From NCBI GenBank assembly GCA_050011775.1, contig JBEKIL010000003.1, positions 154,224 through 218,223 on the forward strand: a stretch of 64,000 bases of DNA. Reading direction: 5' to 3'. This DNA comes from Bacteroidota bacterium. Its GTDB lineage: Bacteria; Bacteroidota; Ignavibacteria; UBA10030; CAVZMI01. The notes under the pieces were generated by a model. It worked only from the letters and a program-made list of their open reading frames with translations, searched no databases and was not told the DNA's origin. The position numbers and the translations under genes are program-made. Below are positions 48,213 through 58,767 of the stretch, piece after piece; the first letter of the stretch is position 1; each line of letters begins with the position of its first letter.

Positions 48213-51038
48213 TTAGAGCATCGATTGTACAATTGATGTCGCTTTCTGGAGTGCTTCATCGAGTTTTGCTATGTCTTTTCCTCCGGCGGTTGCCATGTGA
48301 GGACGTCCGCCTCCGCCTCCGCCCAGAAGTTTTGCCACTTCACCGACGATTTTTCCGGCACTTAATTTTTTTTGTGCGACAAGATCGTCAGTTACAACAC
48401 ATACAAGAGCCACTTTTTCTTCTGTTATTGCCGCCAGTATTCCGATGCCGGTGCCAAGCTTTGCGCGCAGTGTGTCGCCGATCGATTTCAAGGACTCCAT
48501 GTCGTTTGCATCGATTTTCGACACAATAATCTTGATCCCGTTTGTCACAGTTGCCTTTTGAATAAGTGTATCGATGTCGGCTGCCGAAGATTGTATTTTT
48601 TGGCGGGTTAGCTCTTTTTCGAGCTTTTTCTTCACATCGGCAAGCTCCAGAATTGTATCTTCGAGCTTCCGGAACCTTATCCTTTGTTCTTCAAATGCCC
48701 GTTTCATATCGGCAGGAATTACTGAAGAGGGAAGTCCGGGAATATTCTCATACAGCTTCAACTGATTTTCGAATACCCCGGGATCAGTTGTTACTTTGGT
48801 TCCCACCGCGCAGAGGCTCTGTACGAGCGATTCGATATCGGTCAGTATTGTATATCCGTATTCTATTCGCTCGAAGTATGATTTGTTCTGGAGAGCAAGG
48901 AATTCGAGGGCATGATCGTGCGTGAGCGCTTCCACACGGTGTATGCCGCTTGCAATACTTCCTTCAAACCGGAATTTGAAAAAGCCGATCTCTTTCGTAT
49001 TCAGCACATGCGTCCCGCCACAAAATTCCATGCTGAAATCGCCGAATTGACATACATTGACCCGGTCGCCGTATTTATCGCCGAAGAACATCAACGCGCC
49101 CATTTGCTTCGCCTGCTCAAACGGAATATCACGATAATGTTGTAAGGGAATGCTCTCACCGATTTTTTCGTTCACAAGGTCTTCAATTGCATTAAGCTCG
49201 GCATCAGTGACTTTGCTGAAATGCGCGAAGTCGAAACGAAGGTGATCGGGATCGACCAGCGAGCCGGACTGGTGCGTATGAGTGCCGAGGATTTTTCGCA
49301 GTGCCGCGTGCAGCAGATGTGTGGCGCTGTGGTTGCGCATAATATTAATGCGACGATTGACCTCTACACGAGAATATACTTTTTGTCCAGACTCAAGGTT
49401 TTTAACGATATCTATTACATGTACAATTATATCTCCGCTTTTTAAACTATTTAAGACTTTAATCTTATGATCTCCCACTTCGATTTCACCGGTATCGCCG
49501 ACTTGACCACCTGATTCACCATATAATGGTGTGCAATCTAACACTAATTGACCAAATCCGTCACTTCGAATTATTCGTCCTTCATATTCAAGATTATCAT
49601 AACCAACAAAATCAGTTTTCTTGTCCTTCAACTCAGAGGTTATTTGTGCCAAACCTTTTGCGAGTGGATAATGAACACCAGAATGTCCATCAGTGATATC
49701 GTAAGCTCTTTTTAGTTCTGATTGAAACCTTGAATGCTCCCGTTGGTTTTCCATCAACTCCAAAAATTTTTTTGTATCTACAGTTATACTTTTCTCAGAA
49801 CATAATAATTGGGTCAAATCAATGGGGAATCCATATGTATCATAGAGTTTAAAAGCTACATCACCAGGGAGGATTTTTGTATCTCCGATTGAACGAACAG
49901 CATTCTCGAATATCTCGAGCCCGCGATCGAGCGTTTGATTGAATCCTTCTTCTTCACTCTTGATCACACGTTCAATATGTTTTTGATGTTCTTTTATTTC
50001 TGGAAAGACATCCGACATCGTATCGACGAGGGTACCGACAAGCTGATAGAGAAAAGGTTCACGCAATCCAAGTGTATGTCCGAACCGTGCCGCGCGGCGG
50101 AGTATTCTCCGAAGTACGTACCCGCGTCCTTCGTTCGACGGTATCGCGCCGTCTGCGATTGCAAAAGCTAGGGCACGGATATGATCGGAGATGACGCGCA
50201 TTGCTACGTCGTGTTCTTTCTCTTTACCATACGGGAGTCCGGATATTTTCGAGATCATGGTTAAAAGAGGTCTGAAGACATCCGAGTCGTAGTTCGACGG
50301 CGGGCGCTGAAAATTATATTTGATAGCCTCCATGATTCCGCATACACGTTCGAATCCCATTCCGGTATCGACGTGTTTTGCAGGTAGTTCTTCCAGCTCA
50401 CCGCGATCATTACGATTATTCTGGATGAAGACAAGGTTCCAGATTTCGATTAAAAGAGGAGAGCCGGCATTGACGAGCGATGCCGGAGCATCGGCGCCCG
50501 GTGTGAGATCGATATGAATCTCGGAGCAGGGACCGCATGGTCCGGTTTCACCCATTTCCCAAAAATTATCTTTCTCGTCAAAGCGCAGAATGTGGGTCGG
50601 GTCAATATCGGTGGCTGATTTCCAGAGATCGAACGATTCGTCGTCGGTCCGGTAGACGGTCGCCCAGAATCGCTTTTTTGGAAGTTTCCATACGTCTGTT
50701 AGAAGCTTCCATGCCCACTGGATTGCTTCTTTTTTATAGTAATCGCCGAACGACCAGTTGCCGAGCATTTCGAAAAACGTGTGGTGGTATGTATCGCGTC
50801 CGACCTCTTCGAGATCGTTATGTTTTCCACTGACGCGGATGCATTTTTGTGTATCTGCGGCGCGGGTATAGTCGCGTTTTCCGGTTCCGAGAAATACGTC
50901 CTTGAATTGGTTCATCCCGGCATTGGTAAAGAGGAGTGTAGGATCGCCGTGGGGTATGACGGGGGCACTGGGCACGATGCGGTGCTGCTTCGACTCAAAG
51001 TATTTCAAAAAGCTCGCCCGAATTTCCCGAGAGGTCAT
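48213..51038 (-). CDS. alaS: alanine--tRNA ligase
   Basis: Class II AlaRS N-terminus (FLKYFESKQHRIVPSAPVIP..DPTLLFTNAGMNQFK...HHTFFEMLGNWSFGDYYK). Editing domain HxxxH/CxxxH region. C-terminal DHHA1-like GGGGG motif. Confidence 0.97.
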   Translation of the reverse strand: MTSREIRASFLKYFESKQHRIVPSAPVIPHGDPTLLFTNAGMNQFKDVFLGTGKRDYTRAADTQKCIRVSGKHNDLEEVGRDTYHHTFFEMLGNWSFGDYYKKEAIQWAWKLLTDVWKLPKKRFWATVYRTDDESFDLWKSATDIDPTHILRFDEKDNFWEMGETGPCGPCSEIHIDLTPGADAPASLVNAGSPLLIEIWNLVFIQNNRNDRGELEELPAKHVDTGMGFERVCGIMEAIKYNFQRPPSNYDSDVFRPLLTMISKISGLPYGKEKEHDVAMRVISDHIRALAFAIADGAIPSNEGRGYVLRRILRRAARFGHTLGLREPFLYQLVGTLVDTMSDVFPEIKEHQKHIERVIKSEEEGFNQTLDRGLEIFENAVRSIGDTKILPGDVAFKLYDTYGFPIDLTQLLCSEKSITVDTKKFLELMENQREHSRFQSELKRAYDITDGHSGVHYPLAKGLAQITSELKDKKTDFVGYDNLEYEGRIIRSDGFGQLVLDCTPLYGESGGQVGDTGEIEVGDHKIKVLNSLKSGDIIVHVIDIVKNLESGQKVYSRVEVNRRINIMRNHSATHLLHAALRKILGTHTHQSGSLVDPDHLRFDFAHFSKVTDAELNAIEDLVNEKIGESIPLQHYRDIPFEQAKQMGALMFFGDKYGDRVNVCQFGDFSMEFCGGTHVLNTKEIGFFKFRFEGSIASGIHRVEALTHDHALEFLALQNKSYFERIEYGYTILTDIESLVQSLCAVGTKVTTDPGVFENQLKLYENIPGLPSSVIPADMKRAFEEQRIRFRKLEDTILELADVKKKLEKELTRQKIQSSAADIDTLIQKATVTNGIKIIVSKIDANDMESLKSIGDTLRAKLGTGIGILAAITEEKVALVCVVTDDLVAQKKLSAGKIVGEVAKLLGGGGGGRPHMATAGGKDIAKLDEALQKATSIVQSML

Positions 51039-51064
51039 AATAATATCTCAAAAATACATGAACA

Positions 51065-51392
51065 TTTCAGGATGCCCCGTCAGGGGCAACTCCACAAAAA
51101 TATGCCATTTAAAAAACGAATTGCAATCGCGGGATGCCCCGTTAGGGGCAGCTTCATTAGAACTAGCCATTTTAAAAATAATCAGCCATTTCAGGATGCC
51201 CCGTCAGGGGCAGATTCATTAGAACTAGCTATTTAAAAAATAATCAGCCATTTCAGGATGCCCCGTCAGGGGCAGATTCATTAGAACCAGCTATTTAAAA
51301 AATAATCAGCCATTTCAGGATGCCCCGTCAGGGGCAGCCTATTTGTAGCTTTTGATACCGAGGAAAAACTCGTAAGCCCCGTAGGGGCGACC
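51065..51392. repeat. tandem array of 5 GGATGCCCCGT(C/T)AGGGGCAG palindromic (REP-like) units with near-identical ~40-bp linkers, plus a sixth variant hairpin AGCCCCGTAGGGGCGA
   Basis: Hairpins at 51065-51090, 51128-51151, 51190-51213, 51251-51275, 51313-51337 and 51373-51392. Linkers attcattagaactagc(c/t)atttaaaaaataatcagccatttca are nearly identical in units 2-4. Unit period ~62 bp. Confidence 0.85.
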
Positions 51393-51875
51393 TATTCATT
51401 TTTTGCTTGATCCTTCTCTATCCATTCGAACAAATACCGATCATCATATTCAACTGTGAATACGAAAATGCCCAAAAACCTTCCTGCCACGAAAATTTTC
51501 CTTTGAACCATTTCTTTTCATTGATGAAACCCGATGAACCGGCCTTAATGTCACGTACCAAATCAGATATCGCTACATCGGGATTCATTCCAACGAATAC
51601 ATGAATATGATCAGGCATTACATTAATAGCCAGGAGTTTTTGATTACGTTTTCTAACAATACCTGTAATATATTTGTACAACTCTTCCCTTTTTTCTTTA
51701 CGTATTAACACGGTACTATTCTTCACTGTGAAAACAATCTGAATATAAATCTGTGAATACGTATTTACCATAGAGATATTTTTTACTTTTTATAATAGGC
51801 CGCTCCTAACGGAGCTTAGATTCTATTTTCTTATTTTGATTTTCTACAAATAGTCCGCGCCTACGGCGCTAAATA
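51373..51875 (-). mobile_element. IS200/IS605-family element (tnpA only) with flanking end hairpins, inserted between alaS and clpS
   Basis: tnpA ORF flanked by GCCCC-gta-GGGGC (51373-51392) on one side and GCTCC-taac-GGAGC (51802-51815) plus GCGCC-tac-GGCGC (51857-51869) on the other. Boundaries are approximate. Confidence 0.5.
51418..51771 (-). CDS. tnpA: IS200/IS605-family Y1 (HUH) transposase TnpA / RAYT-like
   Basis: 117 aa. HuH motif DHIHVFV. Catalytic Tyr region FWAFSYSQ. Conserved KAGSSGFIN. Typical IS200 size. Confidence 0.88.
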   Translation of the reverse strand: MVNTYSQIYIQIVFTVKNSTVLIRKEKREELYKYITGIVRKRNQKLLAINVMPDHIHVFVGMNPDVAISDLVRDIKAGSSGFINEKKWFKGKFSWQEGFWAFSYSQLNMMIGICSNG

Positions 51876-51883
51876 ATTTGTCG

Positions 51884-52171
51884 TCACATTTCAATTTGTG
51901 TATGGAGCTGGATTTCCTCCAGGATAATGACGACCTTGATGCAGCGCTCCATCGTTCCTTCCCATACGCACGCTTTTCCTTTCGAATGGACCTCCCACGT
52001 CAGGGTTTCAGCCTTTGCCTGACCACATCCCGTCGCCTTTTTTATCTGCGCGATCACTTCATCGAAAGTATGGATCTCGTCGTTGAAAAGGATAGCGCGT
52101 GCCGGCTCATCGGTGTGAGTGGTAGTATCGTCGTCGATTTCAAGTACCGGTTTTGTATTCTCGTCAGTCAT
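51884..52171 (-). CDS. clpS: ATP-dependent Clp protease adaptor ClpS
   Basis: ClpS core (ILFNDEIHTFDEVIAQI...GKACVWEGTMERC). Confidence 0.88.
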   Translation of the reverse strand: MTDENTKPVLEIDDDTTTHTDEPARAILFNDEIHTFDEVIAQIKKATGCGQAKAETLTWEVHSKGKACVWEGTMERCIKVVIILEEIQLHTQIEM

Positions 52172-52427
52172 ACATCAATATAGTAATAAAAAGCCCCGTT
52201 TTCCGGAGGGAAAGACGGGACTTTAGTATACAAAAACAGGGGCATTATTTCAAGTCAAACAATGCAGCTTGACCAAATTATATCTTCGTCATTCCGACCG
52301 GTATCGGAATCTGATCAGGAGCGAATACTCGCTTTCTAAATCCCAGTCCGTCTTGCCCCTGACTGATGATGTGGAACAAAGCGCTACCGTCTTACATGGC
52401 CTCGCGAGCGCATCTCCCTCGGATCTG

Positions 52428-53723
52428 TCACATATTTGCAGCGATCGCATCGCCGAATTCCGAACACTTGATTTCTTTCGCTCCCTCCATCAACCGTGCA
52501 AGATCGTACGTAACGGTTTTTGCAGCAATTGATTTTTCAAGTCCTTTGATGACGAGATCGGCGGCTTCGGTCCATCCCAAATGACGGAGCATCAATTCGC
52601 CGCTTAAAATCAACGAACCCGGATTCACTTTATCAAGACCTGTATACTTCGGTGCAGTTCCATGTGTCGCTTCGAAAATTGCATGGCCCGTTTCGTAATT
52701 AATGTTTGCACCCGGAGCCATTCCGATACCGCCGACTTGCGCTGCAAGAGCATCGCTAATGTAATCGCCGTTGAGATTTAATGTTGAGATTACATCGTAC
52801 TCGGCAGGGCGAGTCAAAATTTGCTGTAGGAACGAATCGGCGATCGCATCTTTGATGAGGATTTTTCCGGCAGGGACATTCCCTCCGCAATCTTCCCAGG
52901 CGATCACCTGTTTGGAAAATTCTTCCTTCGCAAGTTGGTAGCCCCAGTCGCGGAATCCGCCTTCGGTGAATTTCATGATGTTGCCTTTGTGGACGAGCGT
53001 AACCGATTTTCGTTTGTTCCCGATAGCATAATGTATTGCAGCCCGTACCAGCCGCTTTGTTCCTTCTTCCGACACCGGCTTGATACCCAGGCTCGAAGTT
53101 TTCGGGAACCGGATTTTTTTCACCCCCATTTCATTCTGGAGCCACTCGATTACTTTTTTCACTTCGGGCGTGCCCGCCTTCCATTCAATACCGGCATAGA
53201 TGTCTTCGGTGTTCTCACGAAAGATTACCATGTTGATCAATTCCGGATGCTTGACCGGCGAAGGGACTCCCTGAAAATACCGTACGGGACGCAGACAGGT
53301 GTAAAGATCGAGCATCTGACGCAGAGCGACATTAATCGAGCGAATTCCACCGCCGACCGGCGTCGTGAGCGGACCTTTAATCGCGATTCGGTATTCTTTG
53401 ATTGCCTCAAGTGTATCGTCATGGAGCCATGTGTTCGGGCCGTAGACTGTGTTGGCTTTCTCGCCGGCAAAAAGTTCAAACCATACGATCGAACGTTCTT
53501 CTCCATAGGCCTTTTGCACAGCCGCGTCGAATACTTTCCGGGAAGCGCGCCATATATCGGGTCCGGTTCCATCTCCCTCTATGAAGGGAATTATCGGATG
53601 GTCAGGAACAGATAGAGTTCCATTTATAAAAGTAATATGATCTCCTTTTGACGGAGGCACTAATTTCTTATATGATGGCATACATTTTCTCCGTAAGCCA
53701 GAGTTTAAATTTTGTATTGGCAA
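52428..53723 (-). CDS. icd: isocitrate dehydrogenase (NADP-dependent, prokaryotic type)
   Basis: IDH/IMDH family motifs ([14 protein letters not shown]...[20 protein letters not shown]...[26 protein letters not shown]). The real start may be an internal Met (MPSYKK). Confidence 0.93.
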   Translation of the reverse strand: MPIQNLNSGLRRKCMPSYKKLVPPSKGDHITFINGTLSVPDHPIIPFIEGDGTGPDIWRASRKVFDAAVQKAYGEERSIVWFELFAGEKANTVYGPNTWLHDDTLEAIKEYRIAIKGPLTTPVGGGIRSINVALRQMLDLYTCLRPVRYFQGVPSPVKHPELINMVIFRENTEDIYAGIEWKAGTPEVKKVIEWLQNEMGVKKIRFPKTSSLGIKPVSEEGTKRLVRAAIHYAIGNKRKSVTLVHKGNIMKFTEGGFRDWGYQLAKEEFSKQVIAWEDCGGNVPAGKILIKDAIADSFLQQILTRPAEYDVISTLNLNGDYISDALAAQVGGIGMAPGANINYETGHAIFEATHGTAPKYTGLDKVNPGSLILSGELMLRHLGWTEAADLVIKGLEKSIAAKTVTYDLARLMEGAKEIKCSEFGDAIAANM

Positions 53724-53738
53724 GCACGAGCCGGGTTT

Positions 53739-55820
53739 CTATTTTTTCTTTGCATTACGTACGACATTGAGAAGTCCACCCATTCGCAGAATGAGTTTCT
53801 GCCTGGCTGTCAGATCAAACGCCACTACAATCGGGATATTTTTCGTTTTATTGACCAGTGTCAGAGTGCCGTTCTGTGCGGTGGATATTTCCATTTGCTG
53901 CCGTACGTCGGGTATCTCTAGTTCATCGCCGAAATCGATCTTCTCATAGTCTCCGGGATTGACAAACGTCAGGGGAAGGATGCCGAAATTTATGAGATTC
54001 GAGCGGTGAATTCTATTAAACTGCTTTACAATGACCGCTTTTACGCCGAGGAACCGGGGTGATAATGCGGCATGTTCGCGTGAAGAACCCTGTCCGTAAT
54101 TATCTCCGCCGATAACAAAGCCGCCGCCCCATTCTTTTGCGCGGTTTGTGAATTCCTTATCAATCCGGGTGAAAGTAAATTCAGAAATAGCCGGGATATT
54201 TGAACGAAGCGGGAGTACTTTTGCTCCGGCCGGTGAAATATGGTCGGTCGAGATATTGTCGCCTGTCTTCAGCAGTACGCGTCCGGCCAGTGTCTCTGGC
54301 ATGCCGTCAAATTGCGGAATCGGTTTGATGTTGGGTCCACGAACGACCGCGATTTTTTCGGGCGTGGCGGAGGGAGGTATGATCATCGAATCGTTTGTGA
54401 TGTACCTTTCCGGTTCGGTTCTTTGCGGGAAAGCGATGCCGAACTTTTTTGCAACGGTGCGCGGATCGGATATTATTCCTGCAAGCGCCGTTGCCGTTGC
54501 GGTCTCAGGTGAAGAGAGATAGACTTTTGCATCTATTGTTCCGCTCCGCCCTTCGAAATTTCTATTGAACGAGCGTACCGACACGCCGCCTGATGGTGGT
54601 GCCTGTCCCATGCCTATGCACGGACCACAGGCAGACTCGAGAATGCGGGCGCCGCTCGCAATTATATCGGGCAATTGCCCGTATCGTGCGATCATTTCAA
54701 ATACCTGTTTCGAACCGGGTGTGAGCGTGAATGAAGTATTCGGATGAACCGATTGCCCTTTCAGCATATGTGCCGCAATGCGTAAATCGTAATACGAAGA
54801 ATTTGTACAGGAACCGATGCAGGCCTGGTCGGCCCTGATGCTGCGTGCTTCAAGCTCCCGCACGCGAATAACGTTATCGGGAGAGTGAGGTTGTGCAATG
54901 AGAGGTTCCAGCTTATCGAGATCGATTTCGATTCCATCAAATTCAACATTCACAAAATTAGAAGTGTCTGGTTTCGGGATCTTAAGATTTATTGATCCGC
55001 CTTCCTGTAATGCTGCAATCGCACGTGCATCTTTTTCGGCATGGAGTCGAATAGTGATGTGATCGTAGGATGATCCTGCATCGGCGTGTCGTTCGGTCCA
55101 TGCCTCTTCGCGTCCCTGTGCTTTGAGATATGCGCGGGTGATGCCGTCGCTCGGGAAGATCGATGTTGTTGCGCCGAGTTCGGCTCCCATGTTGGTTATG
55201 GTGAACCGGTCGCCCATGGAAAGTGAGGCGACGCCGGGTCCGTGATATTCGATAACGCTATTGATACCTCCTTTGGTTGTCAGACGGCGGAGCATTTCGA
55301 GAATCACATCTTTCCCCGAAACCCAATCCTGAAGCGCTCCCGTGAGTTTAACGCCGAGGATTTTCGGCATTGTGATAACACAGGGTTCGCCGGCCATTGC
55401 GAGTGCGACATCGAGTCCGCCGGCGCCGATAGCAATCATTCCAAGACCGCCGCTTGTCGGTGTGTGGGAGTCGGAACCGATGAGCGTTTCTCCGGGAACG
55501 CCGAACCGTTCACGATGCACCTGATGACAAATTCCATTTCCGGGCCGGGAGAAAAATATTCCATATTTTGCAGCGACGGATTGAAGATACTGATGGTCAT
55601 CTGCATTCATAAAGTCCTGCTGAAGCATATTATGGTCTACATAGCTTACAGAGAGTTTTGTGCGGATGCGCGGTATTCCCATTGCTTCAAATTGAAGATA
55701 TGCCATCGTTCCGGTCGCATCCTGTGTTAGTGTTTGATCGATCCGTATTGAAATCTCATTCCCCGCAATAAGCTCGCCCTGAACAAGATGCTCTGAGAGA
55801 ATCTTGTGTGAAAGATTCAT
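53739..55820 (-). CDS. aconitate hydratase (aconitase family, ~690-aa form)
   Basis: Aconitase catalytic-domain motifs (GSDSHTPTSGGLGM.., ..ACIGSCTNSS..SACGPCIGMGQ) and fused swivel domain. Adjacent to icd. Confidence 0.88.
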   Translation of the reverse strand: MNLSHKILSEHLVQGELIAGNEISIRIDQTLTQDATGTMAYLQFEAMGIPRIRTKLSVSYVDHNMLQQDFMNADDHQYLQSVAAKYGIFFSRPGNGICHQVHRERFGVPGETLIGSDSHTPTSGGLGMIAIGAGGLDVALAMAGEPCVITMPKILGVKLTGALQDWVSGKDVILEMLRRLTTKGGINSVIEYHGPGVASLSMGDRFTITNMGAELGATTSIFPSDGITRAYLKAQGREEAWTERHADAGSSYDHITIRLHAEKDARAIAALQEGGSINLKIPKPDTSNFVNVEFDGIEIDLDKLEPLIAQPHSPDNVIRVRELEARSIRADQACIGSCTNSSYYDLRIAAHMLKGQSVHPNTSFTLTPGSKQVFEMIARYGQLPDIIASGARILESACGPCIGMGQAPPSGGVSVRSFNRNFEGRSGTIDAKVYLSSPETATATALAGIISDPRTVAKKFGIAFPQRTEPERYITNDSMIIPPSATPEKIAVVRGPNIKPIPQFDGMPETLAGRVLLKTGDNISTDHISPAGAKVLPLRSNIPAISEFTFTRIDKEFTNRAKEWGGGFVIGGDNYGQGSSREHAALSPRFLGVKAVIVKQFNRIHRSNLINFGILPLTFVNPGDYEKIDFGDELEIPDVRQQMEISTAQNGTLTLVNKTKNIPIVVAFDLTARQKLILRMGGLLNVVRNAKKK

Positions 55821-56156
55821 GATGACTCCCTAAAAATACGTTTTGTTCTTTTCCGATGGCTATTCTTCAGACGGCGAAGTGTATAGCATCATCTATAAAT
55901 AACAGGTAGATACTATTTGATGTTCCTCAACGATGGTTTATTTCAATATCCCTGTATTTTTGTATGATCACGCTCTGTGAGAATCTGACGTCGGAGAAGT
56001 CGTGGTTTCGGTATGCCATAAGCCAGCTGCGGAACACAACTTTTCCAGATACCGGCCGTACAATACCTAATGTCATGGTACAAAAAAAAGGGTGGAATGT
56101 CAACGGAAAGAAGCGTAACCGAGTGAAATTCAAAGCAAAATTTAGCTTGACTTTGT

Positions 56157-57938
56157 GTGGAAAATGAGTTAACTTGGCATAACTTCCAATATAGTAAGCT
56201 GGTATGGGGAAGGCGAGCTCATATAAAGGAACTCACTGTATATAAACGACGAGTGGATTCTAGAAAAAGAAAAGTATTAGTATTTGATGATCTACAGGGA
56301 GGGGAGAAGTATGTGGTGTATGAGGGGGTGGATACTATCTCCGACAAGCCGTCAATATCACCGACATCCGTCGCATCATTCAAACCGCAAGAGCAACCGA
56401 CCGTGGAGTTTCAGGTGGCAGATTTTTTCGATTTGAATTCAGATCTCTCTCAAACGGAAACTGAACCGAGAGCAGAGTTTGATTTTCTGCTTATGAAAGT
56501 CCTCGCCGTTATCAAGGAGGTTCTTTTCGCCCACACGGTGTCGTTCTTCTGGGCGAATCGTGAGAAACAGGCAATGGTGTGCGAAACGAAAATCACCGAC
56601 AGCGATGTATTCATGAAAGAACGCCGTTATCCGATGGGACACGATCTGGTAAGCCAGATCGCCCAGACCGGTAAACCGGAAGTCATAAGCCGGGTAAATC
56701 CGGTTTCGGAGAAAGAACTCCTCCGCTATTACGAGGGGGTTGATTTCGTCAAGGCGTTTATTGGCGCTCCGGTGTTCTATGAGACAGCCGGCGGTGAACA
56801 AACCGTTGTCGGTGTACTCGCGGTTGATAGTAAGGCGGAAGATGCTTACGGTGTTGAGACTATTTCGCTGATAGGGCAGTGTACAAAACTAATCTCAGCA
56901 TTAATAAAAAGTTATACGGCGAAATATGATCTTCTGCTCGATTCCGAGGTGCTAGCGTCGGTCCGCCGGATGCAGGAGCGATGGAAGCTCGATCTGAGCG
57001 TCCGTTCGATTGTGGATGTGATTGCAGATGAAATTCAAAAGCTAATAAACTTCGATTTTTTATCGATCACGCTCTACGATGAACAGCAACACAGCTGGAT
57101 GATCCGGAAAGTGGTGAATCGAACACCCGAAGGATATGCTATTACAAATCAGGTGATTGATTTTGCGACGAGTATCGTAGGCAGTGTAATCCGATATTCC
57201 CAGCTACAAAAGATTGAAGATCTTGAAACAGAAAGTGTGGTACGCTTTGTCACCGGTGAAAAAATTCGAAACGAAGGATCATTCCTTTGCGTTCCGATCA
57301 ACTCGATGAACAAATGTTACGGTGCCGTGAGCGTCGAGAGCCGCACAAAAAAGAATTTTGGACAGAAAGATATTGATATCCTGGCACGGCTTGCTGAAAA
57401 CACGGCAGCTGCGTTGGAGATCCTGTATCTGAATGATATCGTCAAAGAGTATGTTGTAGTCGATGAATTGACCCGGTCGCTCACACGGAAGCAATTTGTA
57501 CTAATACTTGACCAGGAACTTGCGCGTGCTGTCGATTTCGGCACGGAGCTTTGTTTGATGGTTGTTGCACTAGATTCGATGAATGAGCTGATCAGCCGGT
57601 ATGGTAAAGATGGTTTCGATTTTATTCTATACAGTGTGGCAAAAGTGCTCAGGCGGAGTGTGCGCCTGTATGATGTTGTCGGTCGGCTTGATTTCAACCG
57701 GTTCGGTCTCCTGCTGGTTCAAATAACGCCAAATGAAGCGTACCTTTGGGCCGAGAAAATCCGGAAAGCAATTGCTGCCACAGTGCTGACCGTCGACGAA
57801 AAGAAAATTTCAATCACTATCAGTATCGGAATTTGCGGACTTGGCGAACATATGGATCGCGACGAACTCATCCAGAATGCAACACAGGTACTGCAAAAAT
57901 GCATCGAGACAGGCGGAAATATCGTACGAGTGTTTTAA
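56157..57938 (+). CDS. GAF-domain protein with degenerate GGDEF domain (probably catalytically inactive diguanylate-cyclase-like regulator)
   Basis: C-terminal GGDEF fold alignable. The DxD site reads ALDSM and the GG(D/E)EF motif reads DFNRF (VGRLDFNRFGLLL). Two N-terminal GAF-like regions. Confidence 0.78.
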   Translation: MENELTWHNFQYSKLVWGRRAHIKELTVYKRRVDSRKRKVLVFDDLQGGEKYVVYEGVDTISDKPSISPTSVASFKPQEQPTVEFQVADFFDLNSDLSQTETEPRAEFDFLLMKVLAVIKEVLFAHTVSFFWANREKQAMVCETKITDSDVFMKERRYPMGHDLVSQIAQTGKPEVISRVNPVSEKELLRYYEGVDFVKAFIGAPVFYETAGGEQTVVGVLAVDSKAEDAYGVETISLIGQCTKLISALIKSYTAKYDLLLDSEVLASVRRMQERWKLDLSVRSIVDVIADEIQKLINFDFLSITLYDEQQHSWMIRKVVNRTPEGYAITNQVIDFATSIVGSVIRYSQLQKIEDLETESVVRFVTGEKIRNEGSFLCVPINSMNKCYGAVSVESRTKKNFGQKDIDILARLAENTAAALEILYLNDIVKEYVVVDELTRSLTRKQFVLILDQELARAVDFGTELCLMVVALDSMNELISRYGKDGFDFILYSVAKVLRRSVRLYDVVGRLDFNRFGLLLVQITPNEAYLWAEKIRKAIAATVLTVDEKKISITISIGICGLGEHMDRDELIQNATQVLQKCIETGGNIVRVF

Positions 57939-57953
57939 TATGGAGTAAGAATA

Positions 57954-58145
57954 ATGGCAAAACAACAAACGTTTGCTGATAAAGCAGCGAAACTTGCACA
58001 ACATGGTGCCAAATGTGATAAGTGCGGTCAGCTGAAAGTGCCAACATTGGTCATCGCTTCAGAGAAAGCTCCAAGTGGTTCGATGAAATATACCCAGCGC
58101 CGGGTGCAAGTATGCAAGTGTAATGAGAAGGAGTTGTACGCATAA
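57954..58145 (+). CDS. small zinc-ribbon-like protein (63 aa), hypothetical
   Basis: Strong RBS GGAGTAAGAATA-ATG 15 bp after the upstream stop. Four Cys as CDKCG...CKCNE. Confidence 0.35.
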   Translation: MAKQQTFADKAAKLAQHGAKCDKCGQLKVPTLVIASEKAPSGSMKYTQRRVQVCKCNEKELYA

Positions 58146-58767
58146 ACTTCATGAGCGGTTGTCCTCCATCATGAGGAAATGACAATTCCCAATTCCCAGT
58201 GTACCCACAAACAGTCATCTACATTATCCTTGATGGTGTCGGGATTAGCGAACTCGCCGACGCTGTGCTGCATAACGACCAGAGGAGCGATGCTTTCGGA
58301 AACCTTGGACAGGCCGTCGGTCCCGCATCTTGAACATTCAGGACCGGGGGCCATTTCATTGCATGTAGGCATGAAACAACCGCCATCGTTAGATGCATGC
58401 TCTGAAAAGCTTTCCTAGAACTTGCAGGAAAAAGAGTACAATAAGTACTGGAGGTCGGCCGGACCGATAAGCGAAAAAACGTATTCACTCTATCTCAATG
58501 GATTTGCGGAAAATATCGTTACCACATTTCCGGAAGTCGCTGGCCACCAAGATATCGTGAGGAATATCCCGGTATCAGGCACTGCAATTTTCAATGAATT
58601 GGGGGATGTATACTGCCGAATGGGATTTCCAACCGTCTATATATATATGCTCTTTGGATTTTCATAGGCTCTTGAATACTTTGACACCCAACTTCTTCGT
58701 ATCAAGGAAACGCTTGACTTCGAGGAATTGTTAAAGAGTGTGATGCGAGAATTCAAAAGGAATTAGA

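Noticed and set aside
50781-51236. Plus-strand ORFs 50781..51236 and 50902..51222 in the ORF track
   Set aside because: They read through the tandem repeat array and antisense to the alaS start. Their amino-acid sequences are repeat-derived (…CPVRGSFIRTSHFKNN…), so they are spurious.
51065-51392. CRISPR array (regular ~62-bp periodicity of a 20-bp palindromic repeat)
   Set aside because: The spacers between repeats are nearly identical to each other rather than unique. There are no cas genes nearby. The repeat is a short GC hairpin next to an IS200-family tnpA. So it is a tandemly amplified REP-like unit, not a CRISPR.
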